A stretch of DNA of 64,000 bases, from assembly GCF_902652985.1 (NCBI RefSeq), contig NC_047019.1:38564001-38628000 (forward strand). The letters are read 5' to 3'. Of this stretch, positions 26,941-40,145 are shown in pieces (position 1 is the first letter of the stretch; the number at the start of each line of letters is the position of its first letter). A program made the translations under genes and the position numbers. The notes beneath the pieces are model-generated. The model made no database searches, was not told the DNA's origin, and was given only the letters and a program-made list of their open reading frames with translations. The DNA comes from Pecten maximus (lineage: Eukaryota).

Positions 26941-28219
26941 TACAAGCTAACCGGTAATAAGTATTTACATATTAATGTATTTAAAATGTTGCCGTATCCG
27001 TAAAGAATATAGAAAAACAAATATTGTGACCGGTAGCATTGTGTTTTAATACTTTTTCATCTAGGGAAAGCATGGTCTTTCATTGATATGTCACACGAGT
27101 ATTTTAAATGTGTGGGTTTTTTCCTTGAAATTATGCACAAACAATGTCTGACAATTATGCACACAGTTTATTAAACATAAACAGACACACGCGGAGACAT
27201 TGACCTGAAATAAAAAGAACAATACATGTACCTAGAATACATACGGACACGTGTAAGCGATGCCTATAATTACATTATTTAATACTGAACGCATTAAATA
27301 TTCATTTAGGTATATTTTATATGCTTATTTTATATCCTATTTTATTTCATAGTTACACTTTTAACAATATACATTATTTTTACACTAACTTTGACCCTAT
27401 GGAGCCCGACCACGTGTATGTAGCAATAACAGGCTATTTTTTTTAATTATAGGAAACATTTCAGGAAAATGTGTTTATTGTTATATTTCAATTCAATATA
27501 ATTGTAACAAGAAATATCTTTAAAAAGATAAACGGATTAGTTTTAATGCTGGTTGTTATCATGTAAAACTGATGGTGAAATAAATTAACGAACTAAAGTG
27601 TTTTAGCACGAATAACTAAATCATATCAGTTTGAATCATTTTTGGTAATAATAAGACTGCATTTGAATCAGGAATATAGTTTTATTAATGTGTCCTTTAA
27701 AAAGATAATCTACTTATTCAGTTTGCATTCAATCTTATCTTTGTTTCGTTTTTAGCTGCATACCTGCATTTTGCATTTACCGCTACATTGACCAATCACA
27801 TGCTTCATCTTGACCAGTAACGCCACCTGTAGCGTCATATCCGGGGCCAAAAGAAAATTATACAGCCGACAATTGGCAGAAATATTATAGGAAACACGAT
27901 TGGACGAATTCGCCTTCAAGGAAACTATTTGTTTCAAGATTTTTGTCAGGATAATGTTAGTCCCTTTACCAATTTTCCTATCTCCATGGCTTTGTTGTAC
28001 AACTAATGTGCTTTGTTCTTGCTCATTCAGCTCATCATGTATTATTTGTGTATTTAGAACTTAATATCATATATATATAAGTTTTATATTCCTTCACAGT
28101 TACATTCTAGACACTGTCGATCATTTTTGAAGAGTGACAATGAAGCTACGTTGTGTATACCAGAAACATTCAATGTAGTATCTTCCCTACATTCTGGATT
28201 ATATGTATTAGCGGGCTAT

Positions 28220-29785
28220 TTACTCCATCAGTGGCATAAACTTGGTTGGTCGAAGTGGTTTTCGAGACTGACTATGGACATAGACCCCAAGGTAGAAGAG
28301 AACACTGGCGATATGAGCACACATACCAACAGTCCTCTGACCGGTTGGACACATACAGTAGTAATTCTGTATTGGTGGTTGTTCGGTAACTGAGTACTGG
28401 ATCCATATGTTGTGTTTCGTTTGCGATTTATGACGAGATCGGATTTGACATCGAATCGGGTCAGAAGAGTGTTAGTATGCCATGACTTCATAATCTCCAT
28501 CTGCTGTCAAATGTTCCGATATGTATCCGGGGCCCAACTTCAGCTGGTACGTCCCACATGCCAGAGTTTCTAGATATTCTTGGTCAAGACGTGGAACTCG
28601 AGCTGGGCTGCCTCTAGCTTCTGCCATTGGGATTTGGCTCTCCGTGATAGGTCTGGCTCTTTCTCAACACGCTCTGCTACGATGTTGAACTTGTTTAGAA
28701 GTGACTTCATCTCCAGAGCAACTTTTTCATCTTCGGCTGCTTTTGTTGATGAAGGCTGATATATGGGTCCACGTAGCCAATTCAGACATGCCGTGACACT
28801 TTTCAGAAGACTTTCGAGATTTTTGATGAAGTAGTTTGATGTGAGTTCAGTTTAAAAAAAATCTGAATTGCTTGAAACGAGAGTGATAACTTTCGAACAC
28901 CCATCTTGTTTTAGTGATACACCTGTCTGTGTTTGCCTCTATACCATCATGTTGACTTTGTCCAGGTTTGAGAAATGTCGGCAAGTGAGTCTCGTATCCC
29001 TCGTCTGATAGTTTGCTCAAAATGTCTCGGAAACCCCTGTCTACAATTACCTGATCATCTTCCTCTAGGATACCTGACAGACTTTGTAATGAGGTAAGTA
29101 TCTTGTCAGTGATTTTGGCGTCATTATCACTACCAGGAAATGGGCCGACAGTGTCTAGAACGTAACCGTTAGGGAACACAATACTCATAAACTTCACGTA
29201 GTTGCGGTTTTTTTTTCGACCGCAGTAACTTTTCCGCTGAAACTCTTGTTCTTCACTTTTGTCGATATATATATATGTACCATCCAATATTACAGTGACT
29301 TTGTTGCCGAAGAATGTTTTTGTTTTTACCAAGAAGATGACTTGAACACACCCTGGAATTCCCAGGCATGTACAGTTTATGTTTGATAAGCAGCTGGTGT
29401 CTTGCTTTCTTACTGATGCAGCTAGAACTCTTCATGTTGTAAGTTCGACAAATGCTACACTTTCTGTTTGAAGAAGGGGCATAGTATAAATCATCTACAG
29501 AAAGATACCCGTCCAGAGTGTCAGATTCGTCAATAGAATCGTCATTGTCTACGTAAGCTTTTTTCCGTTCCGGTTCATTGGCATTCTCGGATGCAGGACG
29601 TTTCTTGAGGTATCTGAGAAAGCATTTTGGACATATCTTTGCTTCTGTTGATTCAGAAAGTATGACACCTTCAGAAAGGAGACCATCTTTCATCCAGTCC
29701 TGAATTTTTCGCGGATTTTTACCATCGCCAACCTGGTTGTACTTGAACTTAACTTACATCCCAACCCAACACAGGAGTTCTCCAT
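28220..29785 (-). pseudogene. DDE_Tnp_4-type (PIF/Harbinger/ISL2EU clan) transposase with C-terminal SWIM zinc finger; frameshifted, HTH region deleted
   Basis: Catalytic motifs VILDGTYIYI, VIVDRGFRD and KTRWVFESYHSRFK. Hand translation downstream gives ACGTYQLK, RSRHKSQTKHNIWIQY and YYCMCPTGQRTVGMCAHIASVLFYLG (CxC..CxH, SWIM), with a stop at 28220-28222. The N-terminus is Cys-rich from the ATG at 29785. There are several frameshifts and one internal stop. Confidence 0.9.
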
Positions 29786-30700
29786 TTTCCTATTTAAGAC
29801 AAAGACAACTTTACTACAGAAGAACTGAACTAAATAGAATTGTAAAACGTAACAGCAATTATAACAACATGCCGAGCACCATTCGCGGTGAGTAGTCAAA
29901 AGACCAAGTGGCAAACGGAACTTTTGTGTGGCACACCCCAACGGAGGAGAAGCTTTGAAGAAGTACTGAGGACGAAGATGGTCAAGTGAGAAAAATGATG
30001 AATCATACGTAATACGGAACTACTATAAGTATGTTAAACATAGTAGAACATAATACATTGCCATGGACATTGTATCAAATCATTTTCATAATAAATCAAT
30101 AGGTTGTATTATTGTGTACGACAAGGACCACTTGTATCGCCCGTGCATTTTTTCCACATACATTTTTCAACATTGAATTACTGCCCTTATCCAGTGATTC
30201 GGTACGACTTTCTTTTGCTGGTATACAGAGGGATAGTCAAATATGTTTTTAAAACACTAACATTTGATTTTAAAAATGGTATTTTGAATTTGATGAAAAT
30301 TTTCCAATTTTGGTTTTCTACGTCATCTTGTACTAAACTCGTTTGTTTTTTCCTGGTCAACTGTTTATCATTTTAAACTGCAATGTATGTACAATACCTA
30401 GTCGTGAGAAAACCTCTTAGTGACAAACAGAAATACCACTTATGAGTCTGTGAAAAGCACAGGTATGCCTGTACACGAAAAAGTGAAGTAGATGGCGCTA
30501 TGGGCGCGCTTATGGGTCAAGTGGAAAATAACATCTTGTTCCATTAGAGGGACAGTTTGTTAAATCCCTTCCACACAAGAAATTATTTTTCCAGGCGCTT
30601 TATATCAACAAAAGTTTGATAATTTCTGAAATAGCCCCGCCACGTTTCCATCATACTAATGAAAACTTTCCGCATCCATAAAGAAATATTGCAATAACCA

Positions 30701-33700
30701 TCAACAGCCAGGGTACATATATATCTGTTGAGATACCTGCGATCTCACGTGTCCATCATACCACTGATTTTGTTCATCTATCACAAACTTATGTCGCACG
30801 TCTTTCCCAATGAGCGAAAGTCTTTCAGCTCCAGATCTTTTACTACTAGTCTCACTCGGCAACGTAAATGACTCCAGAATTAGGGTTTTCACATTTTCTG
30901 CCATTTCGTTCCAAGACAAGTCTTTCCTTTTCTTATTCACAGATTTGCTGAAATTGTATATTTTCGGGTTGTTGCTTGTTTGTCTTAGAATATTTTTACG
31001 GAATCTCATTTGTGACTTCAGAGCATCAAGTTTTTCTTTATCCTTCATCGTTGCCAGCATTACATCCACTTGTTTGACTGTCTGCCAAAGTCCCCAAAAC
31101 AGAATGTCATTAGTTTGAAGAAGATTTTCTGCTTCCTTCCTTCTTCTTGCATCTTGATTTTTTTAAGTTTCTCTTGTAGAACCGCTTCTTTCTTCTGAAC
31201 TATTTTGTCTCTGCGTGCCTTATACAATTCTCTTGTTCTAGCTACATTATTGTATGCATCCTCTAGTTGTCTGTTCACTTCTTCATTGTCCTTACTTTCC
31301 AGCCATGATTGTCTTATTTATTGAGAACATAACATAAGCTTCTGCTGAGAGTGTTTTTATATGAGGTTTACACCTCATAAGGCCATCCAAACATGCAAAA
31401 ACAGACTCGCTGAATTTATTGTGCTTGGCTACACTTTTTGTGGTTTCCTTCAATTCTTCGCTTGGGTTTGCAAACTTACCACCAGGTAGATGGTCTCGAA
31501 AATGATTCTTCGCTAGTTTGGCGATTGCAGGAAGAATAATTCCAAGGATTGTACATGTCTCTCCATCATATTGCGATGGTGTAATGAGCTTCTCATATAC
31601 TTTGTCTCTTTTCACATATGTATCCTCCCCAAAAGGTAAAATTTGTCCACTCAGAAATGTTGTTAATTGCAAATAGTGCCTATTCATATCAATTATATGA
31701 ATTTCCTTATTCTCTATCAAATTCCATAGGGGAGAGGTTACAAGTTTACAAATCAATCCAAGAGCTTTGCATCCAGCAATAAAGAAAGAAGTATTCAGGT
31801 CATGTAGACCCACTGGTTGGATCCATGGTCTTTGAGTCATGGAAAAAATACACCACGCCTGCATTATGAAACAGGATGTTAAATCGATTTCCCTTGAATG
31901 GTGTAAGAGGAAGACTCTGCATTCCATTTTCTTTTAGGAAGTCCTTAATGTATGTCATAAAAGGGCCGTGACATCCTGATTTGGCATCACCGTTGTAAGA
32001 AAATGCTTTACAACATGTTCGTATTAATCTCAAAGTCCCTGATTCTAAGCTCTTCTGGAATTTCTTGTTGAAAATAGGAACATCTTCATTGAAATTTGTC
32101 TTTTCGACCTCCAGAATGGATTGGTTAACTTCGGCAATATGAACAAGAGAGTGAAGGCCACAGAAAAATTTATTCAAGCGTGACAAAACATTTCTGTCCT
32201 CTTCATCTAAGTCATTCCAATCTTGCACCATTTCGGGAAGAACTTCACATCGGTACGTTTCCAATAACTGATTGAATTTCATTTCTGTTGCCGCACGGTC
32301 AGACATAGTGTTACGAATATGAAACAACATGTCTTGAGAAGTTAAACTCTGCGTATTGTAGTACCTCTGATCTAAATCAAACATAATCTCTTTAAAGGCC
32401 TGTAATGTATCCTTTCCTGATTTAGTTACAACTTCTCTCAATCCCAAAACATTCGGATTTCCGTCAGAGTCTCTAACAGCATACACACCAAACTTCGTAC
32501 CAAATTTAGATGTTTCATCAGTCTCTATTGTGGTATTCTCTTGGATTTTTCTGCTTGTCTTTCAAGCGGCAATTTTGTTGTTCGGCTGAAGATTAGTCAA
32601 TTCCTGTTCAGTCAAATCATGATTTCCAGAGGAATCAATGGAATATGACGGCAGAAGGAACTCTCCTTGCAAAAATTCGTTGTAATAGTCAACATTTCTT
32701 TTTTTTTCAATTTGGCATTAGTTTCGGCAATCCTTTTTACCTTCTTACAGTAAGAGTTCAACTTCAGCGACACATTGCTTATCTGTTTTACCTTTTCCAG
32801 TAAATCTGTTGCAACTTCTTTTATAATTTTTTTTTCAATCATTGAAATTATGTCACTGTTTTTCATATCAAATGACATTGTCTTTCTCCTCTATCACTGA
32901 CTCCGAAAGTAATAATTGTTTGAGTTGATTTATCTAGATCGTCACAATCTACTAGCTTATTTCCAGTGTAAATATCACAAGAAAATAGCTGTATATGACC
33001 GTTTATGTATGTCTGAGAATGATTATGAGATGTACCTGATAAAGTTATAGATGTTCCCAGCTCTGGTGTAGCTCCTTGTGGATCTGAAATAAACAAACAG
33101 TTTATTACTTATCAAAGTAGAAAAGAAATTTGTGAAAAATTAGAGTTATTGAAAAAAAGGCTCCAATTTTCATAAATTATGTTTTAGTTGTAGTATTACC
33201 TTGTAATAATTTCTTTCTTGGTTTCTTCTGCAATAGGCTTGTACTGGGTGTGCATTCAACTTCCGACTTGGATTCCAACTTTTCTACAATATGCAAAGAT
33301 AACTGCAAATAGAGAAAAAAATATCAAATGTAACATATATTTCATGCATGGAAGCAGTAGAATATGAAGATTTAAGATATGATGATTTCATCATAACATA
33401 AATACCTTGCTTTCCAAGTACTTGCAAGATAATTTCCGACATACATGTTCATTGATTTGCAACACGTAAATAACATAATTTTTGTATTCCCCTTGAAATT
33501 AATCTTCTTTGCCAAATTCAAGTTTCCTTGCTTTTTTGTGATACTTAAATATCCTGGTAAACTGATGAATGCCTCTGATATTCATGGAACCTCTCATGAA
33601 TTAATGTTATACAAGGTTCATATGCACAAATAGATTAAATGGACAACTTGGTTTCCTACAATGCATATACATTTTTAAGAATAACATTTGAAAAAAATGG

Positions 33701-34660
33701 TAAATGCTGTAAGTCCTAACCCTTTTTAGTTGCAATCTTTTCACAGTGATCTTTTCTGGGGTGGGAGTGGTAATGTCACTGTCGCTGTCACTATCTTGTG
33801 ATTCTGATGGGCTGAAACAAAGATCAAGTTGTTAAAAAAAAAAAAAAAAAAATGGCATACATATTTCAGTAAGTTCATATCATCATTTACTTTTGTTGGA
33901 GTTCTATACTAAACATCTCTTTTGAATCCTGGATTAAAACATTATACTGTAATTATACCATTATTTAATACTGCATTCAGTCCTGTAAATATGCACACAA
34001 GGCAAAAATAAAAGAGAATGTTTTGTGTTCCATTTCACTTTCAGCAACAATGTCATTTCTTCCTAGTATAATGATTTTTATAATACATGGTGAATATATT
34101 TAATTTTCAAGAAAATTTACAATAGTTAAAGAAAACATTGAACACTTAATATCTTACCTTTCAATCCATGACGATATATCTTCTCCACAGTAGATTCTTG
34201 ACATTATCACTCACAGCATGCTAGTTCAATACTATACAGTGTATATAAAATGTTCATGAAGTACAATCGAATGACATCGTTGAAATGTTACTGTTTTGTC
34301 AAAGCCTACACTGGCAGTCTGGTGAAATTTCTCGTTCTCTGTATGAAAATGGAAATATATTTGATTATTGAATTGATTTCTTTGTGAAAAAAATGTGTCA
34401 TGTGCAATCTGAATCTACATTTAAATTAAAGAACATACTGTTATATTATAACCATCCATAACAACTAGTGATCACCACTCAAATTGACCACTTTTTTGTG
34501 TAACAACGCTAGATTCATAGGCCTACCGTACGTTTCTATATTCTATAAGTAGTAAACTTCGACTACTTGATTAGAGTTATCCCTCCTTCGAAAATCATGG
34601 CGAATTATTTCAGTGTGGAATACTCTTCTTCTTTGACCCTGCGCACGGTTGCGCTTCATT
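30701..34660 (-). pseudogene. Intron-containing DDE transposase with a CxxH motif (hAT/MULE/P-like clan) and a C-terminal Spin/Ssty-like domain; disrupted
   Basis: Successive minus ORFs give TIETDETSKFG (D1, ~32518), NTMSDRAATEMKFN (D2), FFCGLH (CxxH), GNRFNILF and KHNKFSESVFACLD..R.KP (E), then a coiled region and LIGKDVRHKF...WYDGHVRSQ. Minus-strand splice donors (TACC/TTACC on +) occur at ~33197, ~33403 and ~34154. The 5' limit is uncertain. Confidence 0.78.
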
Positions 34661-35229
34661 CTAAAGTTTTGACAGTGAAGTTTTCTGAAAGAAAAGTGCC
34701 CTAGGTTTCATAATATCACTGTCAAGGGGTGTCACAAAGGGTAAGTAAGGAAATATTAACGATTATTATCGGTACCTCGTCTCTCCGCTCCAGTTTCAGT
34801 TGCCAAACTATTTTCTATTCTGGTTTACCACATGGTTAGATATTGCTTTGCATTCCTATTAGTCAAAACACACAATTGATTCCGATTAACACGTGTCTTT
34901 ATATATATATTAGGCCTCTTTTGCTATCACATGGCTACCAAAATGGTAGCGATGACGCCATATTTACGCTGTGGGAGGCTATGAATAAAGGCGTTTTTGC
35001 TGAAGAAAAACATCGATAAACGTTATAATCATATGAAAGACAAGTAGAACATACTTTATTGTGATTGCTGTGTAGTGAAAATAGAAAGAACGACAGTTAT
35101 AGCCGATAAACATGGAATTCAATTATGACCTATTTAACACGGGACATAATGGGAAAGTGCCATAACTTGCGTATAGTCTAGTATGCCTGTCATTGCTAGT
35201 GTATGTCCTATGTTAAATATTTTAACATT

Positions 35230-36132
35230 AAGGGCAAGATATTTAAAAAGCAAATATATTAGTTTAATGTATTTTATCTATATCAAATACATATAGCTAA
35301 AACATATTAAATAATGTATTTATATTATTTTAAGTTAAATAAACTTACCTTGAAGCACTGTGGCCGTAAAGCACACAGGCTTATACAGAACGTGTATGTG
35401 GGTGCAGGGTCTATAGCCGTTGTGGCTGCACTCACCTGGGCAAGGCCCAGGTAAGGTTTTCCACGTGCACAGGTATAGGGTCATGCAGGGTCAAAGTGAC
35501 ACACTCAACCAATCCTTGCGCTCACCTCTCTAACGTCACAATAACAACTATGACACAGGGACTTGTACAAACATTATACACGATACACAGCGCAAGTATC
35601 TATATACACCTTACATTTACAGGTGTTGGTTAGACTATTATTAAAGTTTGACCACCGTGACATTCCCCCCTGCAAAGGAAAATGACTCCTTGCATTTAAA
35701 CTAATATCAACCATAATGGTTGAATCTACTAATAATATAAAAGAATGAGCAGCTAATTATCTAATATCCAAGTGATTGGAACAATCCCTACCTACAAGGC
35801 ATAACAGATAACTGCTCATATAACACTATAGAAAGAAAAATCTAAAATTAAAAACCTGTAGAAATTGAAATTATCACCTTGGCCAGTGTCCCAAGGTAAT
35901 ATAATAATATATACTACAACTACTTAGAGGAATTTCAGATTTTCTCATCTGCCATGTGGAACAAAGCTTTCCTGATGTGAATATTAATCTTTTACTTGAT
36001 AATTGAATGTAAATTACAATTATGCTACAGTTTCTACTTATTTAATGGTAAACCATAAGGTATTACACACAATTAGCTGTAGATATTAAATATTAATTTC
36101 ACAATTTGAAGTAAACTTTGTCCACCACGACA
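35230..36132 (-). mobile_element. Diverged inverted copy of the Gypsy LTR (solo or partial; may extend to ~34970)
   Basis: The reverse complement starts TGTCGTGGTGGACAAAGTTTAC, versus TGTCGTAGTGAGCAAAGTTAAC at 14528. Collinear blocks are shared, e.g. AGATTCAACCATTATGGTTGATATT and CACTGGCCAAGGTGATAAT. Confidence 0.85.
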
Positions 36133-36239
36133 GATATGTGCAATATTTTTCTATCTATAGTTACATTATCTTTAACATTTGTCGTTCAAATCTTAAGCTA
36201 CATGTAGTATTCCAAGCAACTGGTTTTCATTTGACAGAA

Positions 36240-36760
36240 ATAGTGACATTGACCTTTGACATCCAAGTCTGAAAGAGTACTTAAGGCGTTATGCAGCAAC
36301 CAAACAAGAGCCCATATGGGCCTGCATTAATCACCTTCTTCTTTGGACTTCTTTTTGAAGTTGAGAAAAAAATGGTTTAAACATTAAAACATGTTTGACT
36401 TCTGTGACCTTGAATGTACGCCAATGTTGATCGTTTTTAAACAAATTTTGTATAACTTCACAAGCATACTCAAGGTTATTTAGGTGAAGATTTCAAATTG
36501 GTTTTTGCATGTCTGGCTCCAGTGGTCTTTAATGAAGGTAAAAGCCATTCATTAAAACAAACCTGGTAGGGTAGCATTCAAGATTTGGGACCATCACTAC
36601 AGAATGCATGTGCATTTGAATTGCAGAATCTCCTTTTGTGTCCCACTCTTCCTCCTTGGGAGTCAGCATAGTGCCTCAAGATACTTAAACAACAATTAGA
36701 CTAAATAATGCCTCAGGCCATTGTGATCATCAAGTCAGCCATACAGAAGAAAGACAATTT
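36240..36760. mobile_element. Possible decayed Helentron/HINE-like non-autonomous element
   Basis: AACAAGAGCCCATATGGGCC hairpin-type start and GTGACCTTGA/GACCTTTGAC motifs recalled from bivalve HINE repeats. Confidence 0.35.
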
Positions 36761-37092
36761 AACAGGGATGTTATATTGGACTATTTGCCCTTCTGACACT
36801 CTCTGCAACCATAGAAGAGTTATATCCTATATCACAAACTGGCAGTTGGATTAAAACCCCCAAGGAGAGTTGGGTAACCTTAAAATGAAAACAAAGAGAC
36901 ATAATTAGTGATGAAATCATGCAATTTTGAACTAAATTTGTGTTGATCTGACAGATCCGCCAATTCAAAATGTCCAACATTATAGGAAGTTTTAACCAAA
37001 CTAAAAATTTCATTAAAATTATTGTTAAAAAGAAAGTAGCAGAGCATTTCTATATATATTCTATGTATATGTTATTGAGACATGTATGTATA

Positions 37093-37311
37093 GGGGCCGC
37101 GGTGGCCGAGTGGTTAAGGTGTCCCGACACTTTAACACTAGGCCTCCACCTCTGGGTTGCGAGTTCGAAACCTACGTGGGGCAGTTGCAAGGTACTGACC
37201 GTAGGCCGGTGGTTTTTCTCCGCGTACTCCGGCTTTCCTCCACCTCCAAAACCTGGCACGTCCTTAAATGACCCTGGCTGTTAATAGGACGTCAAACAAA
37301 AACAAACAAAA
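37093..37311 (+). mobile_element. Full-length tRNA-derived SINE (V-domain-like core, (CAAA)n tail)
   Basis: Pol III A box TGGCCGAGTGG, B box GTTCGAAAC, core GGTTTTTCTCCGCGTACTCCGGCTTTCCTCCAC, and tail CAAACAAAAACAAACAAAA. Confidence 0.9.
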
Positions 37312-38055
37312 TGTACATGTATTGCAAAACAAAAAGCAAATTTTAAAAATCAACCAATTCTCAAAATCCACTAAATATAGATGACTATTTCTTTACCAAA
37401 AGGAAACTTGAACTTGAAAGAAATGAGAAGAAACTCTTGAGGACATTTGATAGAAAAAAATGTAAAGACTCATGTGAGGGACTATAACCACAGAGATATT
37501 ATCAAAAGAAAGGAAATTTAATTTAAGTATACAAATAACCAAGTGTAAACCTTGTTATAGGATATATATATCTGATTTATATGAATATGTCATCTGCCCC
37601 CATCAATGGAATGTAAAACAACCATAACAATAAAATGTTAAAATCATACCTACATGGAAAGTAAAATGGATTTGTAATATAAAGTTTCACCTCTTTTGTA
37701 ACTTCCAGATTTCTTGAACTGGAGGAATTGGAGAAATGAAGTCAATGTGACTTATTAAAATAACTTATTCCATTTTTCATCCACTTTCAAATATCATCAG
37801 ATGTATATAATGAGGTGTAGAACAATTGGAAACAAAGATAAATGGCAAACTGCTAGAACCAGATGTAAAGGAAAGAAAACAAGGGGTCACAACTCCTCCA
37901 AGTTAGTGAAAATCCAACCCTTAATTTAGCCCTTTCTGACGGAGAGGCTGCTGGTTATATTTCATTTGTAAGTACAACCTCCAATGCAAAAGCTTAGTCA
38001 GCACTTTCCATCCGAAATGATGTGTGACAGCTATGGCGTTCCATAATTATAGACT

Positions 38056-38520
38056 AAAGCGATTACTATTATCATTATCAAAAATCACTATATCACTATA
38101 AATAAAGGTGATTACTATTATCTTGATAAAATAACACTTCATTACTAAGGATAAAGACGATTGTTATTATCATTTCAACAGATAACTTTATCTTTGTTAT
38201 CAATATTATCATTATCAAAAATGACTATGTCACTATAAATTTAGGCGATTACTATTATCATTATAAAATATCAATACATCACTATAAATAAAAGGGATTG
38301 CTATCATCATGATCAAATATCACTTTAAATAAAAAAAGCGATTACTTATATTATTACTGTAAGTGTAAGTGAAATATCACTGTATCCCTGTTAATAAAAG
38401 CGATTATAATCATCATAAATATCACTATTGCACTATAAATAGATGTTATTACTATTATCATAAACATATCACTACATCACTATAGATAGATATTATTACT
38501 CATATCATCATCAAATAACA
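38056..38520. repeat. Degenerate AT-rich minisatellite, right part (same family as 26751-26940)
   Basis: ATCACTATAAATAAAGGTGATTACTATTATC-type units. Confidence 0.75.
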
Positions 38521-38979
38521 CGAATATCGACTTTAAAAGGAAACCTTAATTTCAAGTCGACAAAACGAGGGCGACACATTTACAAAAATAGATTTCCACA
38601 GAAACCTTTGTGTGCAGTTACACACACTTCAATTTCGATCAATTTAGACACAAAGTGGACTATATAACAAACACATGAAGAGCAAGAAAAAAATAGGACA
38701 TATCCTTCTTGGGGCTTTGGTTCCTTTGTTTTCATATCAGGAGGTATGCATAGCTTCAGGGAAGAACCGTCAAAGGTAAAGTCCCAATTTGTACGTGGTT
38801 AAAAACTAACTTTGAAAACGAAAGAAATCAAGAAAATAGTGAACAATAGGCCTTGCCACGAATGCAGTCGACATCACCATATTTTTTCTAAAAATCGGAT
38901 TTAAGCCGCACATTATTGTTATATTTACATTTATTTGAGTTAAAATCTGCCTTTCTTAAATAAATAGGTTCTTTATTTT

Positions 38980-39280
38980 CAATAATTTCCTTGTATGTTC
39001 ATTTGAAAGAAGAGCATCATTAAATCAACTTCTTTTCTATGATTGCATTGCAACCAATCTGACACACAGTTCAAAGCCTTGCCGTGACGATGATCAACAT
39101 AGCGCCAAATTGACGTCATAGTAACGCATTTATTCGCAATCATTATCCTCGCTGTGTTTAATTCATTCGTAGCATATAGCGAAGAATTTCCATAACGGTG
39201 ATCAAAATGACTGCATCGTTTAACATAGAGGCAAAGGGAGACCGTGGTGCCAAATGCAAATATAAATACATGATATATAT
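38980..39280 (+). repeat. Old dispersed repeat, copy 1 (related to 57715-58010)
   Basis: Collinear shared motifs: AAGC.TTGCC.TGACG, CGTCATAGT.ACG, ATTCAT.CGTAGC, TGACTGCATC and GGGAGACC..CCAAATG. Confidence 0.5.
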
Positions 39281-39869
39281 TGATTATAGACAAATAAGGT
39301 GTTAACTCTATTATAGACAGACATTCTAATGACAACAGATATATATTGATAATGATATTTGAAATGCACGTCTTTATAAAAAGAAAAATCATAATTATCT
39401 GCACTACGTATTGGATAAAAAACATGTGATATATCATTTAAAACTTTGAATTAATTTTTATTACTATATACTGCATTTTTCATTTACTGTACTTTTAAAA
39501 AAACCAATAATCGTCATTCAGTTCACCAACTAACATAATAACAGCACGACTGATTTCGATTAGGCAGGCCAGATCATCTACAATATATAGTTCACTACAA
39601 AATAATTTTTTTATCCATTCCCATAGATACTGTTAACATTTACATCTCAGATTCACATATTGCTTTAATTTGCATCAAAATTGATATAAATCAAATTCCC
39701 AAGATGTGAAAACTAGAATACAGCGTGTGTGTGCCAAATTGAATCCCGACCTCAATCACTGTCAACAATGTATTCCTACGCGCTGGACTGAAACCAAATA
39801 TAAAGTACTCATGGAGAAATGTGTATGCTTTATATTGAACGCAATTTTAATTGAGAAACACATGTATTA

Positions 39870-40145
39870 TGTAAACTGTTACCGGCAGTAGTTTTATGAT
39901 GTTAACTGTTATCGGTATAAATTGTAAGATGTAAAATGTTATCGTAATAATTACATGATGTAAACTGTCATCGGTAGTAATTGTAAGATGTAAACTGTTA
40001 TCTGTAGTAATTGTAAGATGTAAACTTTTTACCGGTAGTAATTGTAAGATGTAAACTGTTATCGGTAGTAATTGTAAGATGTAAACTGTTTTCGGTAGTA
40101 ACTTTAAGATGTAAACTGTTATCGATAGTAATTGTATGACGTAAG
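39870..40145. repeat. 30-bp tandem repeat, ~9 copies
   Basis: GTAAACTGTTATCGGTAGTAATTGTAAGAT at 40051, 40081, 40111 and neighbouring positions. Confidence 0.92.

Noticed and set aside
37093-37185. tRNA gene
   Set aside because: A and B boxes are present, but there is no clean acceptor stem or anticodon arm, and the sequence continues into a SINE core and (CAAA)n tail.
38979-39437. 152-aa hydrophobic minus-strand ORF
   Set aside because: The I/F/Y-rich composition is typical of AT-rich non-coding DNA, and it overlaps an old dispersed repeat.
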